64,000 bases of DNA from a virus (IMGVR_UViG_3300010354_000003:4677-68676); one strand, 5' to 3'. Positions 30,807 through 39,599 are shown, counted from the stretch's first letter. Notes: a model not told the origin generated them from the letters alone. Made by a program: numbers and translations.

Positions 30807-31673
30807 CTAATATCTTTCAATCCAAGAGTTCATCTCTTCTACAGTATAGCATCTTCCCTGCAATATCAAGTCCGCCCGCAGCATTGCTACCACAAGATGC
30901 GGCTCCTTGGATTTATACTCGTAGTTGTTGAAGACAATCTTGTGGCCGTGCTTGGGATATTCTGGCTTGGCTGTAAACGATTTATTGTTGAACGAGAACG
31001 AGAGTTCTCCGTGAGTTATATGTTTCTTGTTATTCCTCAAGAACACGCAGTCGAAAGCATACAGGCAGCACTCTTGAATGCAGCTGTGCTTTAATCCCTC
31101 GCAAATGGCGTTGGGCGAGCTTTGATTGCCAATGAATAGGGCAGACCCAGCAATAGCCTCCGCGACCTCATACAGGTCTTTTGTGGGAAAGTATTCGACA
31201 TTCCCGAATAGCGAACAAAAATCTTGATGCTCTTCGGGTAGTCCGACGAATACGATATCATCCTTGAACTCCTCGACTATCTGCCTCCACGGGAAATATT
31301 CACCGTGCCACCTTGCCCCGCGAGCAACAACAATCTTTCCATTTGTGTATTTGTTTGGATTCTGAACAGAAATCCACGGCTTGTCCAAATCCGGCTTTAC
31401 CATCATCCATCTAGCTACCCTGCTGGCTATGTTCTCCCCGTATCGCATGCCGCCGTTGCGATATGTGGAAATGTCGTGGTCTATTTTTTCCCCCTCATGT
31501 TTGTGGACAGATATGCCCTGCTCCTCCAAGAGTCTTTGGAATAGCGGAATCCTATCCTCAATAGGCTTTGTCCACGGTCTATTGCCGATAAAAAGCCTCT
31601 TGGTTTGCTTCTCTTGCAATGTAGGGATGGAATAGACAATGTCGCCTATGCAGCCGGAATGGAACGCGTTCAT
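30807..31673 (-). CDS. Second GT9-like glycosyltransferase
   Basis: HSGCIGDIVYS and DLYEVAEAIAGSALFIGNQSSPNAICEGLKH; paralog of 9562..10509. Confidence 0.75.
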   Translation of the reverse strand: MNAFHSGCIGDIVYSIPTLQEKQTKRLFIGNRPWTKPIEDRIPLFQRLLEEQGISVHKHEGEKIDHDISTYRNGGMRYGENIASRVARWMMVKPDLDKPWISVQNPNKYTNGKIVVARGARWHGEYFPWRQIVEEFKDDIVFVGLPEEHQDFCSLFGNVEYFPTKDLYEVAEAIAGSALFIGNQSSPNAICEGLKHSCIQECCLYAFDCVFLRNNKKHITHGELSFSFNNKSFTAKPEYPKHGHKIVFNNYEYKSKEPHLVVAMLRADLILQGRCYTVEEMNSWIERY

Positions 31674-31803
31674 CTCCGTTTATTGTTGAACAAGACTGGC
31701 GTAAATTCAAGTCGGTTTTTACTTCAGAAATTTGCATACATTTTTCTGACATAACCCGTCGAAACTTGACAGGTTCGCGCAAAAGTTTATTGTAATATTC
31801 CAG

Positions 31804-32919
31804 ATGAATAAACACACATACCATGTGTTGGGTCTTCCACACACGGTTTCTTCCACAAAGTTCAACGCCTGCGCCTACACACAAAAAGTGGTCAAATTTG
31901 GAAAAATGATGACCGAGCGCGGTCATACAGTAATACACTACGGACATGAAGACTCTGATCTACAATGCAGCGAACACGTCACCGTACTTACCAATGACGA
32001 CTTCAAGATATCTTATGGATCACATGATTGGCGCAAAACCTTTTTTAAATTTGATACCAACGACCATGCGTATCGTAAGTTTTACGACAACGCTATCCGT
32101 GAAATTTCCAAACGGAAGCGGAGTAACGAGTTTATCTTGCCCTTCTGGGGTTCTGGCGTACGTCCCATCTGTGACGCACACCAAGACCTAATTTGCGTTG
32201 AGCCAGGCATTGGATATGCTGGTGGGCATTGGGCGCGTTGGAAAGTATGGGAAAGCTACGCAATCTATCACGCTTATTGCGGATTGAAGAATGTTGGTCA
32301 GTGCAACCAAGACTGGTATGATGTCATTATCCCAAACTATTTCGACAAGAATGATTTTGAGTTCAATGACAAAAAGGGCGACTATTTCCTATACCTTGGG
32401 AGGGTTTATGATGGGAAGGGAGTGAATGTTGCAATACAAGCAACCGAAAAAGCTGGGGTTAAGCTTGTAATTGCTGGCCAAAAAGAAGACGGCTACAATC
32501 TGCCAGACCACGTGGAATATATCGGGTATGCCGATATGGAGAAACGTAAGAAGTTGATGTCAAATGCCATTGCATCTTTTTTGCCAAGCATGTATGTCGA
32601 GCCATTCGGCGGTGTTCAAATCGAAAACCTATTGTCTGGAACTCCAACCATAACCACGGATTGGGGTAGTTTTGCCGAAAACAATCTGCACGGAATTACG
32701 GGATATCGATGCCGGACTATGGGGGATTTCGTGGATGCCATTAAAAATATCGACAAAATCAAACCAGCGGACTGCCGTAAATTTGGCGAAAACTTTACTC
32801 TGGAAAAAGTTGCCCCAATGTATGAGAAGTTCTTTGAAGACGTTCTTGATGTTTATAACGGCAAGGGGTGGTATGCAGATGGAAATGGGCTAAATGCAAT
32901 GATTAGGGATTACCCATGA
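31804..32919 (+). CDS. GT4-family glycosyltransferase
   Basis: YLGRVYDGKG and PSMYVEPFGGVQIENLLSGTPTITTDWG (EX7E motif). Confidence 0.9.
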   Translation: MNKHTYHVLGLPHTVSSTKFNACAYTQKVVKFGKMMTERGHTVIHYGHEDSDLQCSEHVTVLTNDDFKISYGSHDWRKTFFKFDTNDHAYRKFYDNAIREISKRKRSNEFILPFWGSGVRPICDAHQDLICVEPGIGYAGGHWARWKVWESYAIYHAYCGLKNVGQCNQDWYDVIIPNYFDKNDFEFNDKKGDYFLYLGRVYDGKGVNVAIQATEKAGVKLVIAGQKEDGYNLPDHVEYIGYADMEKRKKLMSNAIASFLPSMYVEPFGGVQIENLLSGTPTITTDWGSFAENNLHGITGYRCRTMGDFVDAIKNIDKIKPADCRKFGENFTLEKVAPMYEKFFEDVLDVYNGKGWYADGNGLNAMIRDYP

Positions 32920-33269
32920 AATCAATTGTTTTGCTGCTCGCGTTGTTGTTGGTTTCGTGTTCCGAAAACCCGCCGGCCGATATTCCTGCATGGGTTGGAA
33001 AATACAAAAATGCATGCCTTCCAGAAGCCATTGCAATGCAGTCTGGACTTCGCGGTTCTGGGATTGAAAGCAAGGTGCTGATCGTTCAAACAGACAAATG
33101 GAACCATGCGGTTTGCGTTTATGTGTTTAATGGAAAGCTGTTTGTTTGGGACAGCTATTGGAAAAGCAATCAAGTTCGTGCATGGTTTGACAATCCAAGC
33201 ATGGTTGCAAGGGAGTGGCTGGAGTTGGTTTCAGATGCTGTGGTTTTCAAGAATGGATATTATTTGTAA
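32916..33269 (+). CDS. Lipoprotein with papain/transglutaminase-like Cys-His-Asp motifs
   Basis: Lipobox LVSC; NACLPEA, NHAVCV, FVWDS. Confidence 0.6.
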   Translation: MKSIVLLLALLLVSCSENPPADIPAWVGKYKNACLPEAIAMQSGLRGSGIESKVLIVQTDKWNHAVCVYVFNGKLFVWDSYWKSNQVRAWFDNPSMVAREWLELVSDAVVFKNGYYL

Positions 33270-33308
33270 TTTTGTGTTGCGCTGTTTTTAAAATCGTGTA
33301 GATTGGTT

Positions 33309-33895
33309 GCATCCTAATGAGGAACGCAAGACTCATACAGGTCTGAGAATTTCCCTAAAAGAGAAAACCCCTGACCCGCTTGGTATCTTGCGTTACTAAG
33401 CGGGTCTTCTCTTTTGGTATGAAGCCGAGAGGCAGTTCCCTAAAAGAACCCGCAAGTTAGGATGAGCGTAGCACGGCGGGGTCCAATCCCCCGACTGCGG
33501 AGAATAACCTGGAAAGGACTCCCGTGTGAAGGAGAGGGGTCGGGAGGGTTAAAAGACTACCGACTTAAAGCGACTCTGGCAGCTATGCTGGGGACTGCGG
33601 ATCGAACTGGCTCTCCCCGAAAGGGGTAAACTAAGCAAGCCTAGGCTAAGGACGACCTCTGGGCGAGCGATCCATCAAATGAACAAGCGGCTCCAAACGG
33701 AAACGTAAAAGCATTTGGCAGTTCTCTAATTGGTAGGGAACTGCTATGCCCAAGCCCACCGCCGGAAACGCCTCAAGCATTGCAACAGGCGGGGCCATCC
33801 TAACCGCAAGCGCAGCACTGCGAGCGAGCAGTTAACAAGCTTGTTACGGATTGCAGAGCGGAAAGTCTGGATTGGGTAGGCAAAATTTGCCTAGC
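33309..33895 (+). ncRNA. Candidate large structured non-coding RNA
   Basis: No credible ORF. Upstream TTGCGC-N16-TAGATT promoter, many GNRA hairpins, 9-11 bp long-range helices, and G-U pairs consistent with the + strand. Confidence 0.65.
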
Positions 33896-33964
33896 GCAAT
33901 ACAGTAAACATTTTTACAAAAAACTGTGCATCTTGGAAAACCGTTGATACAATTTACACCACAC

Positions 33965-34360
33965 ATGCAATACGAAGAATACGCCTTGGAGATAGCGAAG
34001 ACTGTATCGAAGAAGAGCAAAGACCCTTGGAGAAAAGTTGGTGCTTGTGTATTAAGGCACGACAATTCAATTGCTTCTGTTGGATACAATGGATTTACTG
34101 CGGGGATGCCAGAAGACTGGTCTGACAGGGACAAACGAAGATTGTTTGTTATCCATGCCGAGCAGAATGCGTTGCGGTATGTAAGTCCAAACGAATGCGG
34201 ACTGATTGCGGTAACGACCCTCCCCTGCAACGACTGCCTTAAAGCGATAGCATCCTACGGGATCAAGCGCGTGGTTTACGAGGATTCCTACGAGTTTGAT
34301 TCCTCGACGGAGAGTATTGCAAAAAAGTTCGGAATAGAACTCCGCAAGATTACTTGCTGA
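33965..34360 (+). CDS. dCMP deaminase
   Basis: SKDPWRKVGA, GYNG, HAEQNAL, PCNDC. Confidence 0.93.
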   Translation: MQYEEYALEIAKTVSKKSKDPWRKVGACVLRHDNSIASVGYNGFTAGMPEDWSDRDKRRLFVIHAEQNALRYVSPNECGLIAVTTLPCNDCLKAIASYGIKRVVYEDSYEFDSSTESIAKKFGIELRKITC

Positions 34361-34499
34361 GAGATTGGAACGTCTTTTTCTTCAGCATCTTTTTAGCCAA
34401 ACGCTTGTCGTAGATGCTGCGATAGTTATCCGTATACTTGGGAATGTCCTTTTTAGGAGGAAAGTTCTCGTAGTCGGATTTGGTCTTTTTCTTTTTCAT
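34350..34499 (-). CDS. Small Lys-rich protein (49 aa, MKKKKTKSDYENF...)
   Basis: Manual translation; directly follows 34506..34754. Confidence 0.45.
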   Translation of the reverse strand: MKKKKTKSDYENFPPKKDIPKYTDNYRSIYDKRLAKKMLKKKTFQSLSK

Positions 34500-34505
34500 A
34501 CCATC

Positions 34506-34754
34506 TTATCCTTGCCTACGAAATCCTTCCCTACCCCTAAATCCGCGACCATATGCCGTATTCGGGTCTTCGTGTGTAATTGGTTTGGCCATCTGCCTAT
34601 CGTATTCTCCAAGCCAAAAATTTACATCCCTGCTAATATTGGGATTTCGTCTAGCCATAAGAGCAGCCCAGTTTCTTTTATAAATATCTGGATCGACCAT
34701 TCTTGTCATTGATTCTTGGACGGAATTCATATTGTTGTTTATTTTGTAATTCAA
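34506..34754 (-). CDS. Hypothetical protein
   Basis: ORF track; the start may be the later ATG (MNSVQES). Confidence 0.45.
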   Translation of the reverse strand: MNYKINNNMNSVQESMTRMVDPDIYKRNWAALMARRNPNISRDVNFWLGEYDRQMAKPITHEDPNTAYGRGFRGREGFRRQG

Positions 34755-34775
34755 TTACAGTATGCTAAAAACAGC

Positions 34776-35018
34776 ATGAGTAAAGAAAAACTTTGGGAGC
34801 TTTATATTTCAAAAAACCCGTCGCTTTTAAAGGACGAGATTCGATTCACGCAAGCCGGATTGTTTAAGTTCTTCAATACAACATATGATGTGGCATACAA
34901 ACAAGGTTTCAACCAAGAACCGGATACGGATGCCCATGAGGAGGAGTACACTTGTCCAAGTCATGCAAATCATTCTTCTCTTGAAGACTTGTTGAATATT
35001 TTTGGAATGCGGCGTTGA
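34776..35018 (+). CDS. Hypothetical protein (MSKEKLWELY...)
   Basis: ORF with a plausible ATG. Confidence 0.6.
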   Translation: MSKEKLWELYISKNPSLLKDEIRFTQAGLFKFFNTTYDVAYKQGFNQEPDTDAHEEEYTCPSHANHSSLEDLLNIFGMRR

Positions 35019-35050
35019 CTTAATTGTTAAGCAATGTATGTTTGGACTTG

Positions 35051-35260
35051 ATGAACAATGAGTGCGAGGAATGCAGGATTCTTAGGGAGGAGCGCGACGA
35101 CTGGAGGGATTGCGTAGAGAGGATGGTATGGTCCGCACCGCTGGCATTTGCCGCAGACCCGAGTTGGATGAAAGCTTTGCTAATAGCCAAGAAACTTACG
35201 GAGAAACGACTTGCAATGCGCAAGGCAATGAATTTATTGGATAACAATAACAAGATATGA
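35051..35260 (+). CDS. Hypothetical protein
   Basis: ATGA overlap with the next gene. Confidence 0.55.
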   Translation: MNNECEECRILREERDDWRDCVERMVWSAPLAFAADPSWMKALLIAKKLTEKRLAMRKAMNLLDNNNKI

Positions 35261-35439
35261 AAAAACCCACAACAAAAGCAGGAAAAGCGGCGAAAGTCGC
35301 AACCGTCATGCGTGAATACAAACAAGGCAAGCTCCACGGGGGAGTCAATCCGAAGGGGCCGAAGAAGGCACCAGTCGTCAAAAACCGTCGCCAGGCGGTC
35401 GCGATTGCCCTCCGCTCTGCTGGCGTTAAGAAGAAATAG
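35257..35439 (+). CDS. Small basic protein (KVxxVMREYKxGKLH...QAVAIAL family, DUF6496-like)
   Basis: Motif recognised from memory of the family. Confidence 0.7.
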   Translation: MKKPTTKAGKAAKVATVMREYKQGKLHGGVNPKGPKKAPVVKNRRQAVAIALRSAGVKKK

Positions 35440-35796
35440 GTTATGAATCAACAACACCCCAAACGCTTCCAAGCGCACCATTGGGGTTGCTTCTTTCCCC
35501 GTTCCTTTGCCGGACGAAGTATGCAACCAACTCGGATTGGGTTTTCCCCCAGCCAAGATGGTTGCAGAAAAGCGGTAGGCGGCATAACCACCTTCGGACC
35601 TACTCTGGGGGAGTCTATCGGCGGGGACAATCTTACCGATCAGTAAGAAAACAAGAATCCAGTAAAAGAATTACGAAAAATCTTACCGATCGGTTAATTT
35701 CGGCAAGAGTGCTGTCGCCAACCCAGTAAGCCGAGACGGGAAGTTCATCATTGCCGACAGCCACGTTTTGCGGTAGCGTCAAAACCGCACTTCCAT

Positions 35797-36045
35797 ATGC
35801 CAGCCAAACCCAAGACCGCAGACAAGGACAAACAGATCGACAACTTGATAGTCGCACTGGAGGAAGTCTCGCGGCACAACACGGAGCTATGCCACGAAGC
35901 CGCCGAACTCGCGCAAGAGATCGAAGAACTGGAAGACGAGCTAGCATTGGCCAAAGCCGACATTTCAATCATTCTGGCTGAAATGAAGAAGAACGGATTG
36001 AATATGGCATTCGTAAAGCGGTTGAAGACCACCGAACCGGAATGA
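35797..36045 (+). CDS. Coiled-coil hypothetical protein
   Basis: 82 aa with a heptad pattern; overlaps the next gene. Confidence 0.6.
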   Translation: MPAKPKTADKDKQIDNLIVALEEVSRHNTELCHEAAELAQEIEELEDELALAKADISIILAEMKKNGLNMAFVKRLKTTEPE

Positions 36046-36260
36046 AGAAAAAGACGGCAAAACCCCCCACCCCCGAAACCTTCGATATAGGGGATATACT
36101 CCCGAAAGACGCTAGCGCCGTAGACGTGTTCCTATTTCTAGCCCAAGTTGAGTCAAATTTAGGCGGATGTTTCTCGATGCAGTTCGACCCAGATTTCCTC
36201 AGAACCCTCGCAAGAGAGGTGCAAGAGTTGCAAAGCCTGCGGAACAGGGTGCTGGAGTAA
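36042..36260 (+). CDS. Hypothetical protein
   Basis: 72 aa; ATGA overlap. Confidence 0.55.
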   Translation: MKKKTAKPPTPETFDIGDILPKDASAVDVFLFLAQVESNLGGCFSMQFDPDFLRTLAREVQELQSLRNRVLE

Positions 36261-36285
36261 CCGTCTCGGGGCATATTTACACCCC

Positions 36286-36359
36286 GCCCGCGTAGCTCAG
36301 TCGGATAGAGCAGCAGCCTTCTAAGCTGCGAGTCGTTGGTTCGATCCCAACCGAGGGCG
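36286..36359 (+). tRNA. tRNA-Arg(UCU)
   Basis: GCCCGCG-TAGCTCAGTCGGATAGAGC D-arm, GCAGC-CTTCTAA-GCTGC anticodon arm, GTTGG-TTCGATC-CCAAC T-arm. One G-A mismatch in the acceptor stem; CCA is not encoded at the canonical position. Confidence 0.92.
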
Positions 36360-37210
36360 CCCCAATGTTTAGATTATGCATAGAAATCCAAGCCACACTT
36401 GAACTACTCAACACAATCCAAACAGCAGCATGACGGAATGACGGAGATGACGGATATTCCCAGAAAGCCCCTAAAACGCACGGAAGGCAGCAGACCGCAC
36501 CCAAGTATCGGAAAACAGAAGAAAACACGCTACAGACCCGAATAAACGAAAAGGAGAGGGGGATAGACAAGGGGGAGAGGATAGATATTCGGCAAGAGGG
36601 ATACCAAACAAAGAAACGAGAGGTAGGCAAATTTTTCCTAGTCAAGCAAATATGCGGATATCAGCAACATAAAGAGCAGAAAGGGCAAGAGGAGGGAATT
36701 TTTAATTTTGATTTTTAATTTCAGAATTTAAATTTTGGTTTTCCCTTAGGTCGTTTTTTGCCCCACCAGCCGCCAGCCAAGTCCCCCCACGGGTACCACG
36801 GGTGTGGTGGGGTGGGCTGTCTCGGTCCCGCTGCGGCCAGCGCCCCGCCCTCCCCTCCGGCGCCGCTGTGGGGTAGGGTTGCCCATCCGCCCGCCCGCCC
36901 GCTCGCTTTGGGTAGGGTGTCACACGGCCAGCCCATCGCACCTTGCGCCATCCCGTTGCCCGCCTTTCGATTGCAGCGCCCGCTTTGCCATAACTTCTGA
37001 TAAGTACCCTAATGCCTAATTGAACGATGCGCGAGGATGCCCGTGTTTTGCTTTGTTTCGATTGGCAAGGGTAGGACGGCGGGGGAAAATAGAACGATTC
37101 TACGTGGCGCGTAGCGTAAGCGCGGGGCAAATCGTTTCTCGGGAATTCCACACGGGGGAATGCCTGCGAGAATTGCACGGGGGAAAGTGTCGAAAAACAC
37201 GGGAAAACAC

Positions 37211-37227
37211 TTGGCATGATAGCTGCT
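37211..37227 (+). promoter_or_regulatory. Sigma-54-type -24/-12 element
   Basis: TTGGCATGATAGCTGCT (GG-N10-GC). Confidence 0.55.
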
Positions 37228-37383
37228 GCGATTTCGCGGAAACGATTGCGATTGCGTGGGTTGCGAGAGGATTGGCAAGATTTGCGCGAAAAGGGGAAAA
37301 TGCTGCCGGTTTTTAGTAGGAAAGAATTGCCCACGGGGAAAAGTCTTCCGCCCTTCCTTCCCTTGATTTCCAGCCGTTTACGC

Positions 37384-37400
37384 TTGGCATGATTCATGCT
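37384..37400 (+). promoter_or_regulatory. Sigma-54-type -24/-12 element
   Basis: TTGGCATGATTCATGCT (GG-N10-GC). Confidence 0.55.
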
Positions 37401-37457
37401 GTGCATTTTCCATGCGTAAGTGCTTGATATCGCGCTTCCCGTTCCCCTTCGCAGCAC

Positions 37458-37474
37458 TTGGCACGGGCCTTGCT
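37458..37474 (+). promoter_or_regulatory. Consensus sigma-54 promoter of the early operon
   Basis: TTGGCACGGGCCTTGCT matches YTGGCACG-N4-TTGCW; 50 nt upstream of the first early ATG. Confidence 0.75.
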
Positions 37475-37524
37475 ATGTATCTGGCAGCTTGGCAATCACG
37501 CCATGGCGCAACCAACACACTAAA

Positions 37525-38202
37525 ATGAAACTTCTCTCAATCGATACGAACGCGAAAACACGCAAGGGGCAGGCGAAGGGTTATATGACGGGAATCCTAT
37601 ATTTGGCGCCCGCCAATCTATCGGGGCGCAATTTCTGCCCCCATGCGAGCGAGGGCTGCAAGGCGGCTTGCCTATTTTCCGCCGGCCGTGGCGCATTCGA
37701 TTCTGTTAAAAACGCGCGTTTGAAGAAATCCCACTATTTCCTGCGGGACAGGGAATCTTTCTTGAACGATTTAAAAGCCGACATTCGCGCACTTGCCAAA
37801 AAAGCCGCGCGGGCGGGGATGAAACCTTGCGTGCGTTTGAACGGAACCAGCGACATTCCCTGGCATCGTTTCGGCTTCATGGAAGAGTTTAGGGAAATCC
37901 CGTTTTACGACTATACGCCGAACCACCTTCGCATGATTGAATTTTTAGAGGGCAGGCTACCCGCGAACTATTCTTTGACCTTTTCGCGAAAAGAGGACAA
38001 CCAAAGCGCCTGTGACGATATTCTCGCGCGTGGCGGAAATGTCGCAGCGGTTTTTTCTGAAATTCCCGAAAACTATGCTGGAAAGAGAACATTTAATGGC
38101 GACGATTCGGACCTACGCTTTTTAGATCCGAAAGGTGTTGTCGTTGCACTTAAGGCAAAGGGCAAAGCCAAAAAAGACGCAAGCGGCTTCGTTTTGAATT
38201 AA
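37525..38202 (+). CDS. Gp88-like phage protein (Cys cluster, radical-SAM-like)
   Basis: LYLAP, CPHASEGCKAACL, VRLNGTSD, FYDYT, DLRFLDP. Confidence 0.78.
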   Translation: MKLLSIDTNAKTRKGQAKGYMTGILYLAPANLSGRNFCPHASEGCKAACLFSAGRGAFDSVKNARLKKSHYFLRDRESFLNDLKADIRALAKKAARAGMKPCVRLNGTSDIPWHRFGFMEEFREIPFYDYTPNHLRMIEFLEGRLPANYSLTFSRKEDNQSACDDILARGGNVAAVFSEIPENYAGKRTFNGDDSDLRFLDPKGVVVALKAKGKAKKDASGFVLN

Positions 38203-38245
38203 CCCCCCCCCGAACAGAAACCCAAAAACAAAGGAGACAAAAAAC

Positions 38246-38500
38246 ATGGAAACCATCGAACAAAGCAAAAACACCCGCCCGCTATATGCAATCGCAAGTG
38301 AAATCCGCCGAGACTGGGGAAAAGTATACTTCGGCGCCGCCCCATACTTGGAAGCAATGGGAGGACTGGAATCTGTGAATGATTCTTATGGCTATGACAA
38401 CGGGCGCGGAATCGTGCGTTATTTTCTCGCAAATGCGCAATCGTGGAGGGGCGAGAATGCGAAACGCATCAAAGCGGAGCTTAAAAATCTGGTAAAATAA
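38246..38500 (+). CDS. Early hypothetical protein
   Basis: AGGAG upstream; 'YFLANAQSWRGE' motif. Confidence 0.75.
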   Translation: METIEQSKNTRPLYAIASEIRRDWGKVYFGAAPYLEAMGGLESVNDSYGYDNGRGIVRYFLANAQSWRGENAKRIKAELKNLVK

Positions 38501-38513
38501 AAAGGAGACTAAA

Positions 38514-38843
38514 ATGAGCAAAGCAAAAGAAATCGAAATTCTACGCGAATGCGTGGAAAGACTCGGGCGGGATTCATACTGTGGCCCGTGGTTGAAAGAT
38601 CAAATCCCACTTATCGAACACGACATTCGGTGCGACATATTTCCAACCCCTACTTGGACGGAATCGCGAATGAGACACGACAACCACCTTGCCCTCGCGA
38701 ACGATGCGGCGGAAAGAATTATCAAATCGGCGAAGGAAGAGGGCGAGCGCATAAAAAAAGAGGCTGCAGAATATGCTAAAAAACTACGCATCGCAGCATT
38801 GAATGCCGTGGAAAGGGCGATTCGGGAAATTGAAGCAAAGTGA
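38514..38843 (+). CDS. Early hypothetical protein
   Basis: AGGAG upstream; 109 aa. Confidence 0.7.
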   Translation: MSKAKEIEILRECVERLGRDSYCGPWLKDQIPLIEHDIRCDIFPTPTWTESRMRHDNHLALANDAAERIIKSAKEEGERIKKEAAEYAKKLRIAALNAVERAIREIEAK

Positions 38844-38955
38844 CCCCCGCGCAACTTCACGCCATCAAAACTAAACTAATCTCCATGCCGCCAGGCCCCA
38901 AGCGGGAAGCCCTGGTGCGTATGATAAACAAAGCAACAAACAGAAAGCCAAACAA

Positions 38956-39288
38956 ATGATCAAAACACTATGCAATTCAGAAGCGGCGGAAGAGTTATTC
39001 CGCGATGAGAACGCCAATTGGAGCCGAGCGGGCGCCTATGCGCTTGTGGAATACTTGGAGCAATTGGAAGAGGATACGGGAACGCCAATCGAATTTGACC
39101 GAGTAGCAATCCGTTGTGATTTCGCGGAGTATTCCAGCCCACAAGAAGCCGCCGAGGAACACGGATGGACGCCTGACTCCCATATCGCGGAGGATGGGCA
39201 AGAATGCGATGCGGGCGCCTTGCAATGGCTGCAAGACCGCACAAGCGTAATCGAATTTGACGGGGGCGTAATCGTTTCCAGCTTCTAA
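38956..39288 (+). CDS. Acidic early protein
   Basis: 110 aa, D/E-rich; 'IEFDRVAIRCDFAEY'. Confidence 0.75.
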   Translation: MIKTLCNSEAAEELFRDENANWSRAGAYALVEYLEQLEEDTGTPIEFDRVAIRCDFAEYSSPQEAAEEHGWTPDSHIAEDGQECDAGALQWLQDRTSVIEFDGGVIVSSF

Positions 39289-39410
39289 TGAGACAAAGGG
39301 CGGCGGGTTCCATCCCCGCGCCATACTTGGAAACAATAACTTATCCCCGTGCGGGTTCCCCGCCGCGCTGCACGGGCTTAACATTAGGCGGGTAAGGAGA
39401 TAAAACCAAC

Positions 39411-39599
39411 ATGAAAACCATCGATATGACCCCAACATGGGAAGCTTCCGTGCGCGTATACATAGCCGTGCTGCGCAACCCTGGCGCCGATTCGGAAGCA
39501 ATCGCCGGAGCGGAAAACGAAATCATGCGCGTCGCACGAATTGCAGACGCATTCCACAACGCAATCCAACACGAAAGCAAGGCTCTCGGAAAACAATAA
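39411..39599 (+). CDS. Early hypothetical protein
   Basis: AAGGAG upstream; MKTIDMTPTW. Confidence 0.7.
   Translation: MKTIDMTPTWEASVRVYIAVLRNPGADSEAIAGAENEIMRVARIADAFHNAIQHESKALGKQ

Noticed and set aside
33309-33895. tmRNA, RNase P, group I/II intron or retron identity for the structured region
   Set aside because: I saw no tRNA-like ends with CCA, no RNase P GAGGAAAGTCC core, no interrupted gene and no RT. This is by eye only and needs cmscan.
35443-35790. Overlapping short ORFs in several frames
   Set aside because: No frame is clearly coding, so the stretch was left uncalled.
37271-37288. Fourth sigma-54-like site TTGGCAAGATTTGCG
   Set aside because: GG-to-GC spacing is 8 nt rather than the required 10.
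36277-37457. Minus-strand ORFs 36277..36645 and 36702..37457
   Set aside because: They overlap the tRNA and the promoter/repeat region, have atypical composition and show no motifs.
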